64,000 nt of DNA from Promethearchaeota archaeon (GTDB lineage: Archaea > Asgardarchaeota > Lokiarchaeia > Sigyniarchaeales > SOKP01): NCBI GenBank assembly GCA_048940445.1, contig JBHLON010000017.1, positions 1,574 through 65,573 of the forward strand, written 5' to 3'. The notes beneath the pieces are model-generated. The model made no database searches, had not been told where the DNA came from, and was given only the letters and a program-made list of their open reading frames with translations. How positions within the stretch are numbered: position 1 is the stretch's first letter; every line of letters starts with the position of its first letter. A program made the position numbers and the translations under genes. Shown here piece by piece: positions 47,919 through 56,924 of this stretch.

Positions 47919-47971
47919 GGTGCGATGATATAAGCAAAAAGACCCTATGGAAAGTGCTTATTGAGAGCTCC
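47919..47971 (+). promoter_or_regulatory. candidate SECIS element (eukaryote-like kink-turn layout) in the selD 3' UTR
   Basis: Helix I GGUGC (47919-23) / GCUCC (47967-71). Core AUGA (47925-28) faces UGAG (47962-65). Helix II AUAAGCA (47930-36) / UGCUUAU (47955-61). The 18-nt apical loop begins AAAA (47937-40). Confidence 0.5.
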
Positions 47972-48000
47972 ACTTGCAAAGTGGCATCTATAATTATATT

Positions 48001-48795
48001 TTATTCTTTAATTTTTCCGTTTAAATTTAACACAATAGTTTTAGCTTCATTAAGTGCTTTTTCAACTATTTCATCTCCATTTTCAACATTGAAGCAAGTA
48101 ATAGAAATCTCAACTTCTACAGATAACCCAATCCGTGGATGAGTTTTTATCCAGAGTTGTGGAAACTTTTCTTCAAGTCTAGTCATATAAGGAGCAATCT
48201 GACTTTCTCCAATACCAGAGAAAGCAAAATGTTTCTCTATAAATTTACCTTCTTGTTCTTTTAAAATAGGCACAATAATATTTCTAAACATCGCTTTCAT
48301 TTCAGCAGGTACACCAGGTAGTATGAAAAGAGTCGTATTTCCTTCAGATAATTTGACTCCAGGAGCTGTACCAACTGTATTTGGTAATGGAATTGAGCCG
48401 TGGGGAATAATGGCCATCTTTTCACGCTCTTTAGTCATTCCTTCCAGTTTTAAAATTCCTTTATGATATGCATTATCATATGCCTTCTTTATTGAATTAT
48501 AAGCATGTTGATTTAACTCTAAATTTCTGTTTAAGCCTTTCGCAACTCCATTTAAGGTTACGTCATCAAATGTTGGTCCTAAACCTCCAGAAGTGATGAC
48601 TATGTCTGGTTTACGTTTTAAAATATCCTGTAGTGTATCTGATATTAAGTCTACTTCGTCGCCTATAGTTATTATTCTCCTAACTTTATGACCATATTTT
48701 GTAATCCTTTTTACCATCCAATAAGAGTTAGTATCTTGAGTTTTACCAATTAAAATTTCATTGCCTATTACTAAAATTTCAATCTCCATTATCAT
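48001..48795 (-). CDS. CinA-like / MoCF-biosynthesis-domain protein
   Basis: 'IEILVIGNEILIGKTQDTNSYWM' and 'VITSGGLGPTFDDVT'. Confidence 0.8.
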   Translation of the reverse strand: MIMEIEILVIGNEILIGKTQDTNSYWMVKRITKYGHKVRRIITIGDEVDLISDTLQDILKRKPDIVITSGGLGPTFDDVTLNGVAKGLNRNLELNQHAYNSIKKAYDNAYHKGILKLEGMTKEREKMAIIPHGSIPLPNTVGTAPGVKLSEGNTTLFILPGVPAEMKAMFRNIIVPILKEQEGKFIEKHFAFSGIGESQIAPYMTRLEEKFPQLWIKTHPRIGLSVEVEISITCFNVENGDEIVEKALNEAKTIVLNLNGKIKE

Positions 48796-48899
48796 TCAAG
48801 ATTTTCGTATTAAGATTTTTTCACTAGAATTATAATCTTTTAAATAATTCTCAATACAATAATATTATTATCATTTTGGATAGATTTACTTTATTATAA

Positions 48900-50279
48900 A
48901 TGGGTTCCTTCATGGATAAAAATAAAGAAAAAGCCCCATCATCTACATTCCGTGCCATATGGCTCTTATATTTGACTCTCTTTTACTGCACAGGAGTTTT
49001 GACAGCTAATGTGGAAAATTTATTATCATTTTTATTTGGTACTACTGAATTTGGTATAGGATTCTCAATTGCAATGTTTTATATAGTTTGTATAATAAGT
49101 TCATTATTCTTTGGTTATTTTTGTGATAAAATATCAAAAAAAATTCCTCGCAAATGGTTATTTTTTCTAACTAATAGTATTTGGATTCTCGGTTATGGAC
49201 TTGCTTCATTAGCTATCAATTATTATTTTTATTTAACGTATATATGTATCGCCGCAATTGGATCCGGAGCATTTTTACCAATAGGTTATTCAATTATTGG
49301 AGATTTTTACCCCCCTAAAGATAGAGCTAAGAAATATGGAATGATGCAGGTTAGTATAGCTTTAGGTATTGGTATTGGGGTGATTCTTGGTGGAATTTTG
49401 GGGAGTTATCTAAGAGCTATAGGATGGAGATATGCTTATGGAGTTGGCTTTATTCTTGGTTTAATTTCATTATTACTATTTGGAGTAAAAGGTGTTAATC
49501 CTAAAAGAGCTAGTAGCGAACCTGAATTTGAAGATCTACAAGGCTCAATTGAATATGATTACAAAATAACTTTGGATAATTTGTTCTCTCTCTTTAAAAA
49601 AAAATCAATTTTGAGCGTCTTGCTTTATGTATTGTGTCAAGGTATAGCGATTTCCACGATTGCTTTATGGGGGATTTTTTATTTGGAAATGAAGATCACT
49701 ATTAGCGGATCACAATTATATGCTTCAATTCTTTATTTAATATCTGGTGCGGGAGGTTTACCAGGAGTCATTATTGGGGGGAGATTGGGTGATAAATACT
49801 ATAATTTAGGCAAATTAAGAGGGCGTGTTATTATTTCCTTTATTGGAGTTATCTTGGGGTCACTATTCCTTTTAGGTTTTTACTTATTACCATTTTTCAC
49901 AGGAAATCTAACTGAGGTTATATTCTCTTGGATACTTTTCATATTTTTAGGTTTTATGGGATATTTTTTTATAAATTTATCTATAGGAAATCAATTCGCA
50001 ATTTACTCAGAAGTGTGTACACCTGAAGTGAGAAACACTGCAAATGCATTTAATAGTGTGATGGTTAACATTGGAGCTATTATTGGAAATCTCGTTTTGT
50101 CATCATTAATTCAGCAAAATATTTTACTATTGCCTTTTTCATATTCACTCGTATTGTTGATAAATCTGTTTGGGGCTGCATTTTGGATAATAACTTATTT
50201 TTATTATCCCCAAGAGGCTGAAGAGTTTAGAGAATTAATGAGAAAAAGAAGATTAGAAATTGAAGACAAAAATAAATGA
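48900..50279 (+). CDS. MFS transporter
   Basis: About 12 TM helices. Motif-A-like 'GYFCDKISKKIPRKW' and 'GGRLGDKY'. Confidence 0.8.
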   Translation: MGSFMDKNKEKAPSSTFRAIWLLYLTLFYCTGVLTANVENLLSFLFGTTEFGIGFSIAMFYIVCIISSLFFGYFCDKISKKIPRKWLFFLTNSIWILGYGLASLAINYYFYLTYICIAAIGSGAFLPIGYSIIGDFYPPKDRAKKYGMMQVSIALGIGIGVILGGILGSYLRAIGWRYAYGVGFILGLISLLLFGVKGVNPKRASSEPEFEDLQGSIEYDYKITLDNLFSLFKKKSILSVLLYVLCQGIAISTIALWGIFYLEMKITISGSQLYASILYLISGAGGLPGVIIGGRLGDKYYNLGKLRGRVIISFIGVILGSLFLLGFYLLPFFTGNLTEVIFSWILFIFLGFMGYFFINLSIGNQFAIYSEVCTPEVRNTANAFNSVMVNIGAIIGNLVLSSLIQQNILLLPFSYSLVLLINLFGAAFWIITYFYYPQEAEEFRELMRKRRLEIEDKNK

Positions 50280-50349
50280 TTCTTCTTCAAAAAATTGAAA
50301 ACTAATAATACTTTTAAAATAATAATTACAAGTTCTGAATTAAACCAAA

Positions 50350-50892
50350 ATGACAATTGAAATTGATGACGCTGGAACAGGAGATATAGTAGGGGATGCT
50401 TTTATTGGTTTATTAAAAAAAGAAACCGGAGAACTAGTATTCAAGACACTTCCAGTAGAGTTGTTTCAAAATGACAATTGGAAAAACAAATTACCATATA
50501 AAAGGACAGTAGAATTAGTAAAAGATGGACTATATGAATTGAACTTTAAGAAGGAAGAAGAAAAAATTAGAATATGTCGCGGAAACATCTTTGATGAAGT
50601 AAGAGCTTATTTTGATGAAGAAGGTATTATCTATGAAAATTCAACTATTGAAGGCACCCTTCAAGATGCTATCGAAAATAGATTGATTTCACATCTAAAG
50701 AATGATTTAGGAATAAAATCGAAAAAACTAAATAAAGAAAGCGGCATAAAAAGATACTTTATATTATATAATTGGGTTTGTTATAATTTCTATAAAAGAG
50801 AAAAATATGTAAAATCCGGGTTTAAAAAATGGAATACGATTTGGAGAGAGAGAGCAATTAAAAAATATAAAAAGCTTAAAGAAAAAATGTAA
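50350..50892 (+). CDS. hypothetical protein (N-terminal 'EIDDAGTGDIVG' RNase-H-fold-like motif)
   Basis: 180-aa ORF. The motif only loosely recalls RNase HII 'IDEAGRGPxxG'. Function unknown. Confidence 0.4.
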   Translation: MTIEIDDAGTGDIVGDAFIGLLKKETGELVFKTLPVELFQNDNWKNKLPYKRTVELVKDGLYELNFKKEEEKIRICRGNIFDEVRAYFDEEGIIYENSTIEGTLQDAIENRLISHLKNDLGIKSKKLNKESGIKRYFILYNWVCYNFYKREKYVKSGFKKWNTIWRERAIKKYKKLKEKM

Positions 50893-50906
50893 GAATTTAG
50901 TTGGTT

Positions 50907-52595
50907 TTAGCTTCTTAATTTTTTTTTCTTGATTAAAACATAACTAAAACTGATAGTTGAAACTGAAATTAATATTCCCCCAGGAATAACCATTCCAAGT
51001 TCTATCGAATTAGCAAATGAAGTTGAATCTGTCGGTAACTCCATCTCTTCTTGAGCTAAAAATGGCATTACATTGTCTCTAAAGTTTGGTAGCCAACTCA
51101 AGATCATTTCCATTGCTTTGTCTTCCAATGAATTAACAATTTGAACATTTTCTGCAACTGTTGAAGTTGGATTATTAATTGCTATATACCATTTCCTCAA
51201 TCCTTCATCATTTACTAAGGAATACTCATTTGAGGCATCCCAAAGTGATTCAACTGATTCTAATGAAGCATTTGATGGTAATATTGGCAAATTTTTACCT
51301 TGGTACCCTATTTCAAATCCATAGATTATGCCTGCTTTTAAAGGTAATGGAAAACCATAAGGAAATATAACTTCACCCAGTGCTGTGCCATTTGCCCACT
51401 GTTCTAATAATAAAACTCTCGCAAATTTGGTAATATTCATACCTACACCATCTGGTGGAGGGAGTATCATAAGTTCTGGGACTACATTATCTTGAAATGA
51501 TTCCTCGAATAACCAGAAAAGAATCATATCTAGTTGAGATTCAGTTAAATTAAAGTCATTCATTAATATTATCTTTACCGTATCATTTGAAGATGCAGCT
51601 ATCCATTTATTAATTCCAGTATCATTTGTTAGTGCATTAGGATAATTTATTTCATCAAATAGTGCATAAGCAGAACTTCGAGTGATATTTGAGGGATGAA
51701 TACGACCTACTTCAAAACCAACCACCGTTGTATTTATAAGCTCAAGCATGTCACTAAAATCGATCCCTCCTTCATATATCACCTCATTCAATACCGTTCC
51801 ATTTGCCCATTGTTCCATAAACAAAGCTTTAGCAATAGCATTCACTGAGAGGAGTCCTGCTAGTTGTGGCATATACTCTACATGTAAATTATTTGCAATG
51901 ATTATTGGGATTACAAGTTCAATTAAGTAATTGATAACGTACTCATATACTTTTGTTAATTGATACCATGTACAATTAAAGCTTTCTTGCATTGTTTCAT
52001 TTAGCAAACTAGTTCCACTTGAATTGGCTATAGAATATTGAATTAAAAAGTTAGTTACACCTTCACCAGTTGAAGTATCATTAAGTAAACCTGAAATACC
52101 AAATATATGACCAGAGGTTGTTGTACTATTGCCATACAAAATCCTATTTTGTGCATCATCTGTAAAATTAAGAGGCTCACCATGGTAAGCCGAAATACCA
52201 CTAAATATAACCCAAACACCAGTTGTATCATTATTGAAGAACCTTTCTTTTCCTATAGGTGCATAAAAAGTACTAAAAACTTCACCACCTGTGTTAACGA
52301 ATGTATTAATTAATACTGAAACAAATGTTGCTTCAACCATATCTTCAAGAATAGGAATTCCTAAATCTCTTATTCCTCTAAGTGTTTGGGGGATACCTTT
52401 CTCTTTAATCATCGGTTCAATTAATGGGATCGCTTCTTCTTCAATACCTAAAAGAGCTTCATCAACAGAATTAAAAACCTTCTCATTAATATAATCCTCT
52501 ATCAAAATTCCTCCAGAAATCAAACCTGAGCCAACTGCAAGCAGTATTACAGAAATAAATATAATCTTTTTGGACATTATTTTATCCCTGACCAT
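50907..52595 (-). CDS. large extracellular protein with N- and C-terminal membrane anchors (hypothetical)
   Basis: 562 aa. Internal duplication ('FMEQWANGTVLNEVIYEGG' / 'LLEQWANGTALGEVIFPYG'), many N-x-S/T sequons, and C-terminal 'IPGG' + TM + KKKKLRS. Confidence 0.55.
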   Translation of the reverse strand: MVRDKIMSKKIIFISVILLAVGSGLISGGILIEDYINEKVFNSVDEALLGIEEEAIPLIEPMIKEKGIPQTLRGIRDLGIPILEDMVEATFVSVLINTFVNTGGEVFSTFYAPIGKERFFNNDTTGVWVIFSGISAYHGEPLNFTDDAQNRILYGNSTTTSGHIFGISGLLNDTSTGEGVTNFLIQYSIANSSGTSLLNETMQESFNCTWYQLTKVYEYVINYLIELVIPIIIANNLHVEYMPQLAGLLSVNAIAKALFMEQWANGTVLNEVIYEGGIDFSDMLELINTTVVGFEVGRIHPSNITRSSAYALFDEINYPNALTNDTGINKWIAASSNDTVKIILMNDFNLTESQLDMILFWLFEESFQDNVVPELMILPPPDGVGMNITKFARVLLLEQWANGTALGEVIFPYGFPLPLKAGIIYGFEIGYQGKNLPILPSNASLESVESLWDASNEYSLVNDEGLRKWYIAINNPTSTVAENVQIVNSLEDKAMEMILSWLPNFRDNVMPFLAQEEMELPTDSTSFANSIELGMVIPGGILISVSTISFSYVLIKKKKLRS

Positions 52596-52807
52596 TAATG
52601 ATCAGCAATATTATTGATCAATATTTTATTATTTTGTAATTTGACAAATTAATATATAAATATTTCTTTTTAAAAAATTGATCCTTCCTCTAAGAAGAAT
52701 GATGTATGTTTTGATATTGTTAATCTTTTAATTTTAATCAAGATTAAGCTATGATATGGCAAGCATTATAAAATAGAAGACCAAGAATATTAGACATTTG
52801 ATTTAAA

Positions 52808-53419
52808 TTAACTATTTTTTAGGTGTGTACCACATTTAGGACATATATTGGTACTTGAGGGCAATTCTTGGCCACATGCAAAACAAATGATTTTGTTTTG
52901 ACTTTCTTCTTTTTTGTTGATATCAATTTGATCTTGCGATATGATTTTTTTAATATAATCTTTATCATGTGGAGTAATAATTTCAAAATCTTTTGTTGCT
53001 TCAATTTCTTTAAATCCTTTCGGTATGTTTTTAAACTGACTTTTTTCAACGATCTTAATAGGTTTTTGAGCATTAATCTCATTGCCCTCAATTTTTTCCT
53101 CAGAAATGAGACTTTCTTTGACTTCACCAGATTTTACATCATTCTCTTCTTTTAACTCAGATTCTTCAATCTTTGTTATTTTATTTTCTGTGATGAGACT
53201 TAATTTTAAGCTTTTTATGTGTTCAATTATCTGCTTTGTTTTATCAATTAACATAGATTTATATGAAAATTCAATGTTAGGTGTCTTAGATGTTTTGATT
53301 GCCATTTCAGAAATAGCAACCCACTCGTCTATAGCCTCTTTGACTTTATTGTTATTTTCGAGTCCGGTTGCTTTAGCGACTCTATACGAAAGTTCCTTGT
53401 TAAATTTAGCAATATCCAT
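52808..53419 (-). CDS. MIT-like three-helix N-domain protein with C-terminal zinc ribbon (hypothetical)
   Basis: N-terminal ~75 aa 'YRVAKATGLENNNKVKEAIDEWVAISEMAIK...DKTKQIIEHIKSLK', an acidic linker, then 'CFACGQ...CPKCG'. Confidence 0.45.
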   Translation of the reverse strand: MDIAKFNKELSYRVAKATGLENNNKVKEAIDEWVAISEMAIKTSKTPNIEFSYKSMLIDKTKQIIEHIKSLKLSLITENKITKIEESELKEENDVKSGEVKESLISEEKIEGNEINAQKPIKIVEKSQFKNIPKGFKEIEATKDFEIITPHDKDYIKKIISQDQIDINKKEESQNKIICFACGQELPSSTNICPKCGTHLKNS

Positions 53420-53559
53420 TATAAAACCATAATATTATTTTATAAACATTCAAAGTTAACAAGTAAATCCAACTATTTATAATTGTTAATATTTAAAGTA
53501 AAGATTAAAATTATTGAATTTTATTAGTTAATTAAATAAATCAATTCAATCACTGAATT

Positions 53560-55452
53560 ATGTCAATTCGACCCCTTTCTGAAAATGAGCTATCGAATCT
53601 TAGAACGGCGATAGAAAAAAATGGATGGCAAATCTATGGAAGTGTCCAAAATTTCTTTAGATACAGTGTTGCGAAGGAAAAATTATTATTATTCACTATA
53701 AAACTCCCTGTTTTTTTACCTTTACGTATTAATATACCCTTTGAGATAGTAAATTTTCGAGTATCAATATCGTTTAAATTTTGGGATTTAAATCAGAGTA
53801 CTGACAATATGATTTTCTATTTTATGAAAACATTGAGAGATCTCGCACTAAGAATCTCAATTGAACAAAATTTTCCAATTAAGGGAAAAGAAAGTAAACT
53901 AGTAGATTTGTTAAATGTTTTAATGCCTGAACCTATCAAAGATGAAAATGAGAATGCTTGGATAAATCGAATCCGAATTTCATTATCAAATAAAAGAGAA
54001 AACTTTCATGAATTTGATAGTTTGTATGCGCCAAAAATTGTAGAAATCCTAAGAAAGATTAGATTATGCCCCACTTTCAAATTACCTTGGGAATTAGGAA
54101 AAGGAGTACCAAAACATAGAACTGCTGAATCTCTTTTTTTTTCTAATGATGAAAAATTTGATGAATTCTTCATTTTGGAGAAAGGTTTTTTTACATACTT
54201 TAAAGATTTGGAATATAATAAATTCTATATCCGCTCATCTTTTGATTGTTATACACCTTATATTTTAAATAATATATTTGATGATTCGGACTTTAGATTG
54301 GAGGAGACTCTCGAAAATTGGATAAAGTTTTCTAGAACGCTCCTAAATTCGGTAATTGAAATAGTTAGCTTAGGAGAGATAAATCAAAATGACTTCTTAA
54401 ATTTAAGACCAGAAAGAGAATTAGATTCCATAGATTTTGAATTAGATCAGAATAATTTTCCATTTTCTCCGCTTCATTATGAAAGTATTCTCTCAAAAAC
54501 AGAATTATATCCAATTCATAATGATTTCTTAAATTCTCCTCCAATCAACTTTGAAACTATTGAATCGCTAAATTCATATACTCGAGCAGAGGAGTTGATA
54601 AAGAATTATCGATTTGATGAAGCAACGGAATTGCTTAATAATTCTTTAATAATATTTAATAAGAATCACCAACGGAAGATTGTGGTTTCAATATTACTTA
54701 AATTAAGGAAAATTGCTTCAATGTTGAACCAAGATCAGATTGTTCTGAACTATCTCCAGAATGCTCTCGAAGTTGCGAAATCAGGAGAAGTACCATTAGG
54801 ATTTGTTATAAAGATACATTATAAATTGGGTAAATGGTATTATGACAAACAAGACTTGGTTAATGCAATTAAACATTTTGAGATTATAATCAAATTCTTA
54901 GAGGAAGAAGAAGATTATTTAATCAGGATAGAAGATTTCTTAGGAATGGCTTATCTTTACAGTGGTTTAATAAATCTTAGTCAAAGGCAATTATCTCAAG
55001 CAAAAACTAATCTTAAACAAGCATTTCAATTGACATCTAATTCAATTAAAGTTAAATTAAATTATTATCTTCTCCGGGCAAAATATTACAAAAATATTGG
55101 CAATTTATCTCAAACCCAGAAACTATTAAGATCAGGAATAGATTCTGTGGGATTAGATTTTAAAGATAAGGAATATGAAAATATCTTTTTTGATCTAATT
55201 TTAGAACTAGCAGAGTTTTATATCCATCACCGAGTCGATTCCCGAAAAGCACTATTTCTGCTTAAAAGTGTTGAAAATCGGTTAGCACTTAATGTTAAGC
55301 AAATATCAGGAATAAAAAGAGCAATAAGATGGAATTTATTGATGTGTGACTTTTCAGATATTTTAGCAAAAGATAGTCATAATTCTACGTATTATTATAA
55401 ACAAAGCCAAATCTTAGTTAATCAACTAAGAAAAATTGGAGTACTAGATTAA
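53560..55452 (+). CDS. hypothetical protein with C-terminal TPR-like repeats
   Basis: 630 aa. Residues ~330-600 show TPR-like A/Y/L periodicity ('YRFDEATELLNNSLIIF', 'LVNAIKHFEIIIKFL', 'LSQAKTNLKQAFQL'). Confidence 0.5.
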   Translation: MSIRPLSENELSNLRTAIEKNGWQIYGSVQNFFRYSVAKEKLLLFTIKLPVFLPLRINIPFEIVNFRVSISFKFWDLNQSTDNMIFYFMKTLRDLALRISIEQNFPIKGKESKLVDLLNVLMPEPIKDENENAWINRIRISLSNKRENFHEFDSLYAPKIVEILRKIRLCPTFKLPWELGKGVPKHRTAESLFFSNDEKFDEFFILEKGFFTYFKDLEYNKFYIRSSFDCYTPYILNNIFDDSDFRLEETLENWIKFSRTLLNSVIEIVSLGEINQNDFLNLRPERELDSIDFELDQNNFPFSPLHYESILSKTELYPIHNDFLNSPPINFETIESLNSYTRAEELIKNYRFDEATELLNNSLIIFNKNHQRKIVVSILLKLRKIASMLNQDQIVLNYLQNALEVAKSGEVPLGFVIKIHYKLGKWYYDKQDLVNAIKHFEIIIKFLEEEEDYLIRIEDFLGMAYLYSGLINLSQRQLSQAKTNLKQAFQLTSNSIKVKLNYYLLRAKYYKNIGNLSQTQKLLRSGIDSVGLDFKDKEYENIFFDLILELAEFYIHHRVDSRKALFLLKSVENRLALNVKQISGIKRAIRWNLLMCDFSDILAKDSHNSTYYYKQSQILVNQLRKIGVLD

Positions 55453-55831
55453 AAAAATGCATTATCTTGAAAAAGTAGCACGCTTGGCACCGAGAGAATC
55501 ACGTTGGCCACCATATTTTCCTTCCTCAAATCTTTTAATATACAATTTCCTAAACCTCACTCGAGGAGGGTTTTTCTTTGAGGAATTCACTCCTGTTCTA
55601 TCTATTTTAGGAGTTTGCTGTTTTACTTTTCCAGCTTTTGTTAATGATCCATGCGAACCTGGAATATCTTATCAACTCTTTGTGTTATGTTATTTGAATA
55701 TAGTACTAGAATATAATTAAAATTCTTAAATTTTGTCATTACACTATATTAGAATAGAATAAAGATTGGACTCCATTTTTTTTAAAGAGATATAATGTTT
55801 TCTTTAATATATTACTATTGATTGAGTTAAA

Positions 55832-56002
55832 ATGGATGAAAAAAAATCAAAGGAAAATGAAGTTAGCTCAAAAGATTTCTTAGATCAGAAAATTCAATAT
55901 GGGCAAACTCAAGTCAAATGTTTTGCATGTGGAGAAAATATAAAATCTGGTACAGAAATCTGTCCATATTGCAATACTAAACAAGAGACTCTTAAATCAT
56001 AA
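55832..56002 (+). CDS. small zinc-ribbon protein (56 aa; not in the supplied ORF track)
   Basis: Hand translation gives MDEKKSKENEVSSKDFLDQKIQYGQTQVKCFACGENIKSGTEICPYCNTKQETLKS*. Confidence 0.4.
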   Translation: MDEKKSKENEVSSKDFLDQKIQYGQTQVKCFACGENIKSGTEICPYCNTKQETLKS

Positions 56003-56073
56003 TGATAATCTTTTTTGGTAAACAAGTATACACTATTAATTATTTATTAATATAATGTTAAGTCGAGATTTTC

Positions 56074-56568
56074 TTGAGTCTTAGAAATTATAACCGAAAA
56101 ACAATTTCAATAATATGTGTGTTCCTTTTGGGATTTGTTGTGATTTTCTTTGTGATTTCTTTATTCTTTTTTAATATAACACTTACTCTATCTGTAATAA
56201 TTCCTATCATACTCATTATCATAATTGTAATCATTGTAATACGATTTTCATGGAAACCTCAGAAATATTGTCCAAGATGTAATACTCCAATTGGTACTTA
56301 TTCAGAATATTGTAGAAATTGCGGTTTAAAACTTATTATGCATTGCCCTAACTGTAATCAATATTTACGTGCTGGAGTGCCCTTTTGCGATAATTGTGGT
56401 TATAAACTTGAATATATTCCAGGACCTAAAGAATTAAGGGAATATAAAGTCATCAAAAAAGGTTCTCCTGCACCTGAGGAACCAAATTTCTGTCCAACCT
56501 GTGGTGCTAGCTTGAAAGGCGCTGAAAATCTGAGGTTTTGTGAATTTTGTGGTTCAAAATTGAATTAA
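56074..56568 (+). CDS. membrane protein with triple zinc-ribbon (DZR-like) cytoplasmic domain
   Basis: TTG start and 2 TM helices. Six CxxC pairs follow: 'CPRC..CRNCG', 'CPNC..CDNCG', 'CPTCG..CEFCG'. Confidence 0.55.
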   Translation: MSLRNYNRKTISIICVFLLGFVVIFFVISLFFFNITLTLSVIIPIILIIIIVIIVIRFSWKPQKYCPRCNTPIGTYSEYCRNCGLKLIMHCPNCNQYLRAGVPFCDNCGYKLEYIPGPKELREYKVIKKGSPAPEEPNFCPTCGASLKGAENLRFCEFCGSKLN

Positions 56569-56681
56569 TTTTTTAATTTCTATTCTTTTATTTCTAAATA
56601 ACCTTTAAATGAAGAATAATTACAGGGTAAATTAGAAAAGATATAAATTTCATAAAATCTTTAATAAATTAACTTCACAAT

Positions 56682-56814
56682 GGGGACTTGGTGTAGCCCG
56701 GTAGCACAGCAGGCTCCAGATCCTTTATGCAAAAGCAATTCCGTGGACACCTGTCGGTCGGGGGTTCAAAAATGAGCCAAATTTCTTAGTTTTTTGAAAT
56801 TCCCTCAGTCCCCA
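56682..56814 (+). tRNA. tRNA-Trp (anticodon CCA) with two introns (~56720-56748 after position 37; ~56771-56800 in the T-loop)
   Basis: Acceptor GGGGACU / AGUCCCC + A. D arm GUGU-AGCCCGGUA-GCAC. Anticodon arm GCAGG-CUCCAGA-[29 nt]-CCUGU. Variable loop CGGUC. T arm GGGGG-UUCAAA-[30 nt]-U-CCCUC. Confidence 0.85.
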
Positions 56815-56924
56815 CTCTTATTATATTCTTTGATAATTTTCACTCTCGACAATTTAAACAATATTTTTGATAAGAATTATTTGGGTATAGATTTTTAAAG
56901 TTAGGATGATTCTATTGATTTTAA

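Noticed and set aside
47954-48142. ORF 47954-48142 (+), downstream of selD.
   Set aside because: It overlaps the 3' end of the CinA-like gene in antisense and starts within the candidate SECIS/terminator region. The peptide is low-complexity and hydrophobic.
55457-55720. 87-aa ORF 55457-55720 (+). Slightly less AT-rich than its flanks, so I also considered a structured RNA such as SRP RNA.
   Set aside because: No protein motifs, odd Cys/Phe/Pro composition, and no start context. I also could not find SRP helix-8, RNase P or other ncRNA signatures by eye. Left unannotated; RNA-seq or Rfam would settle it.
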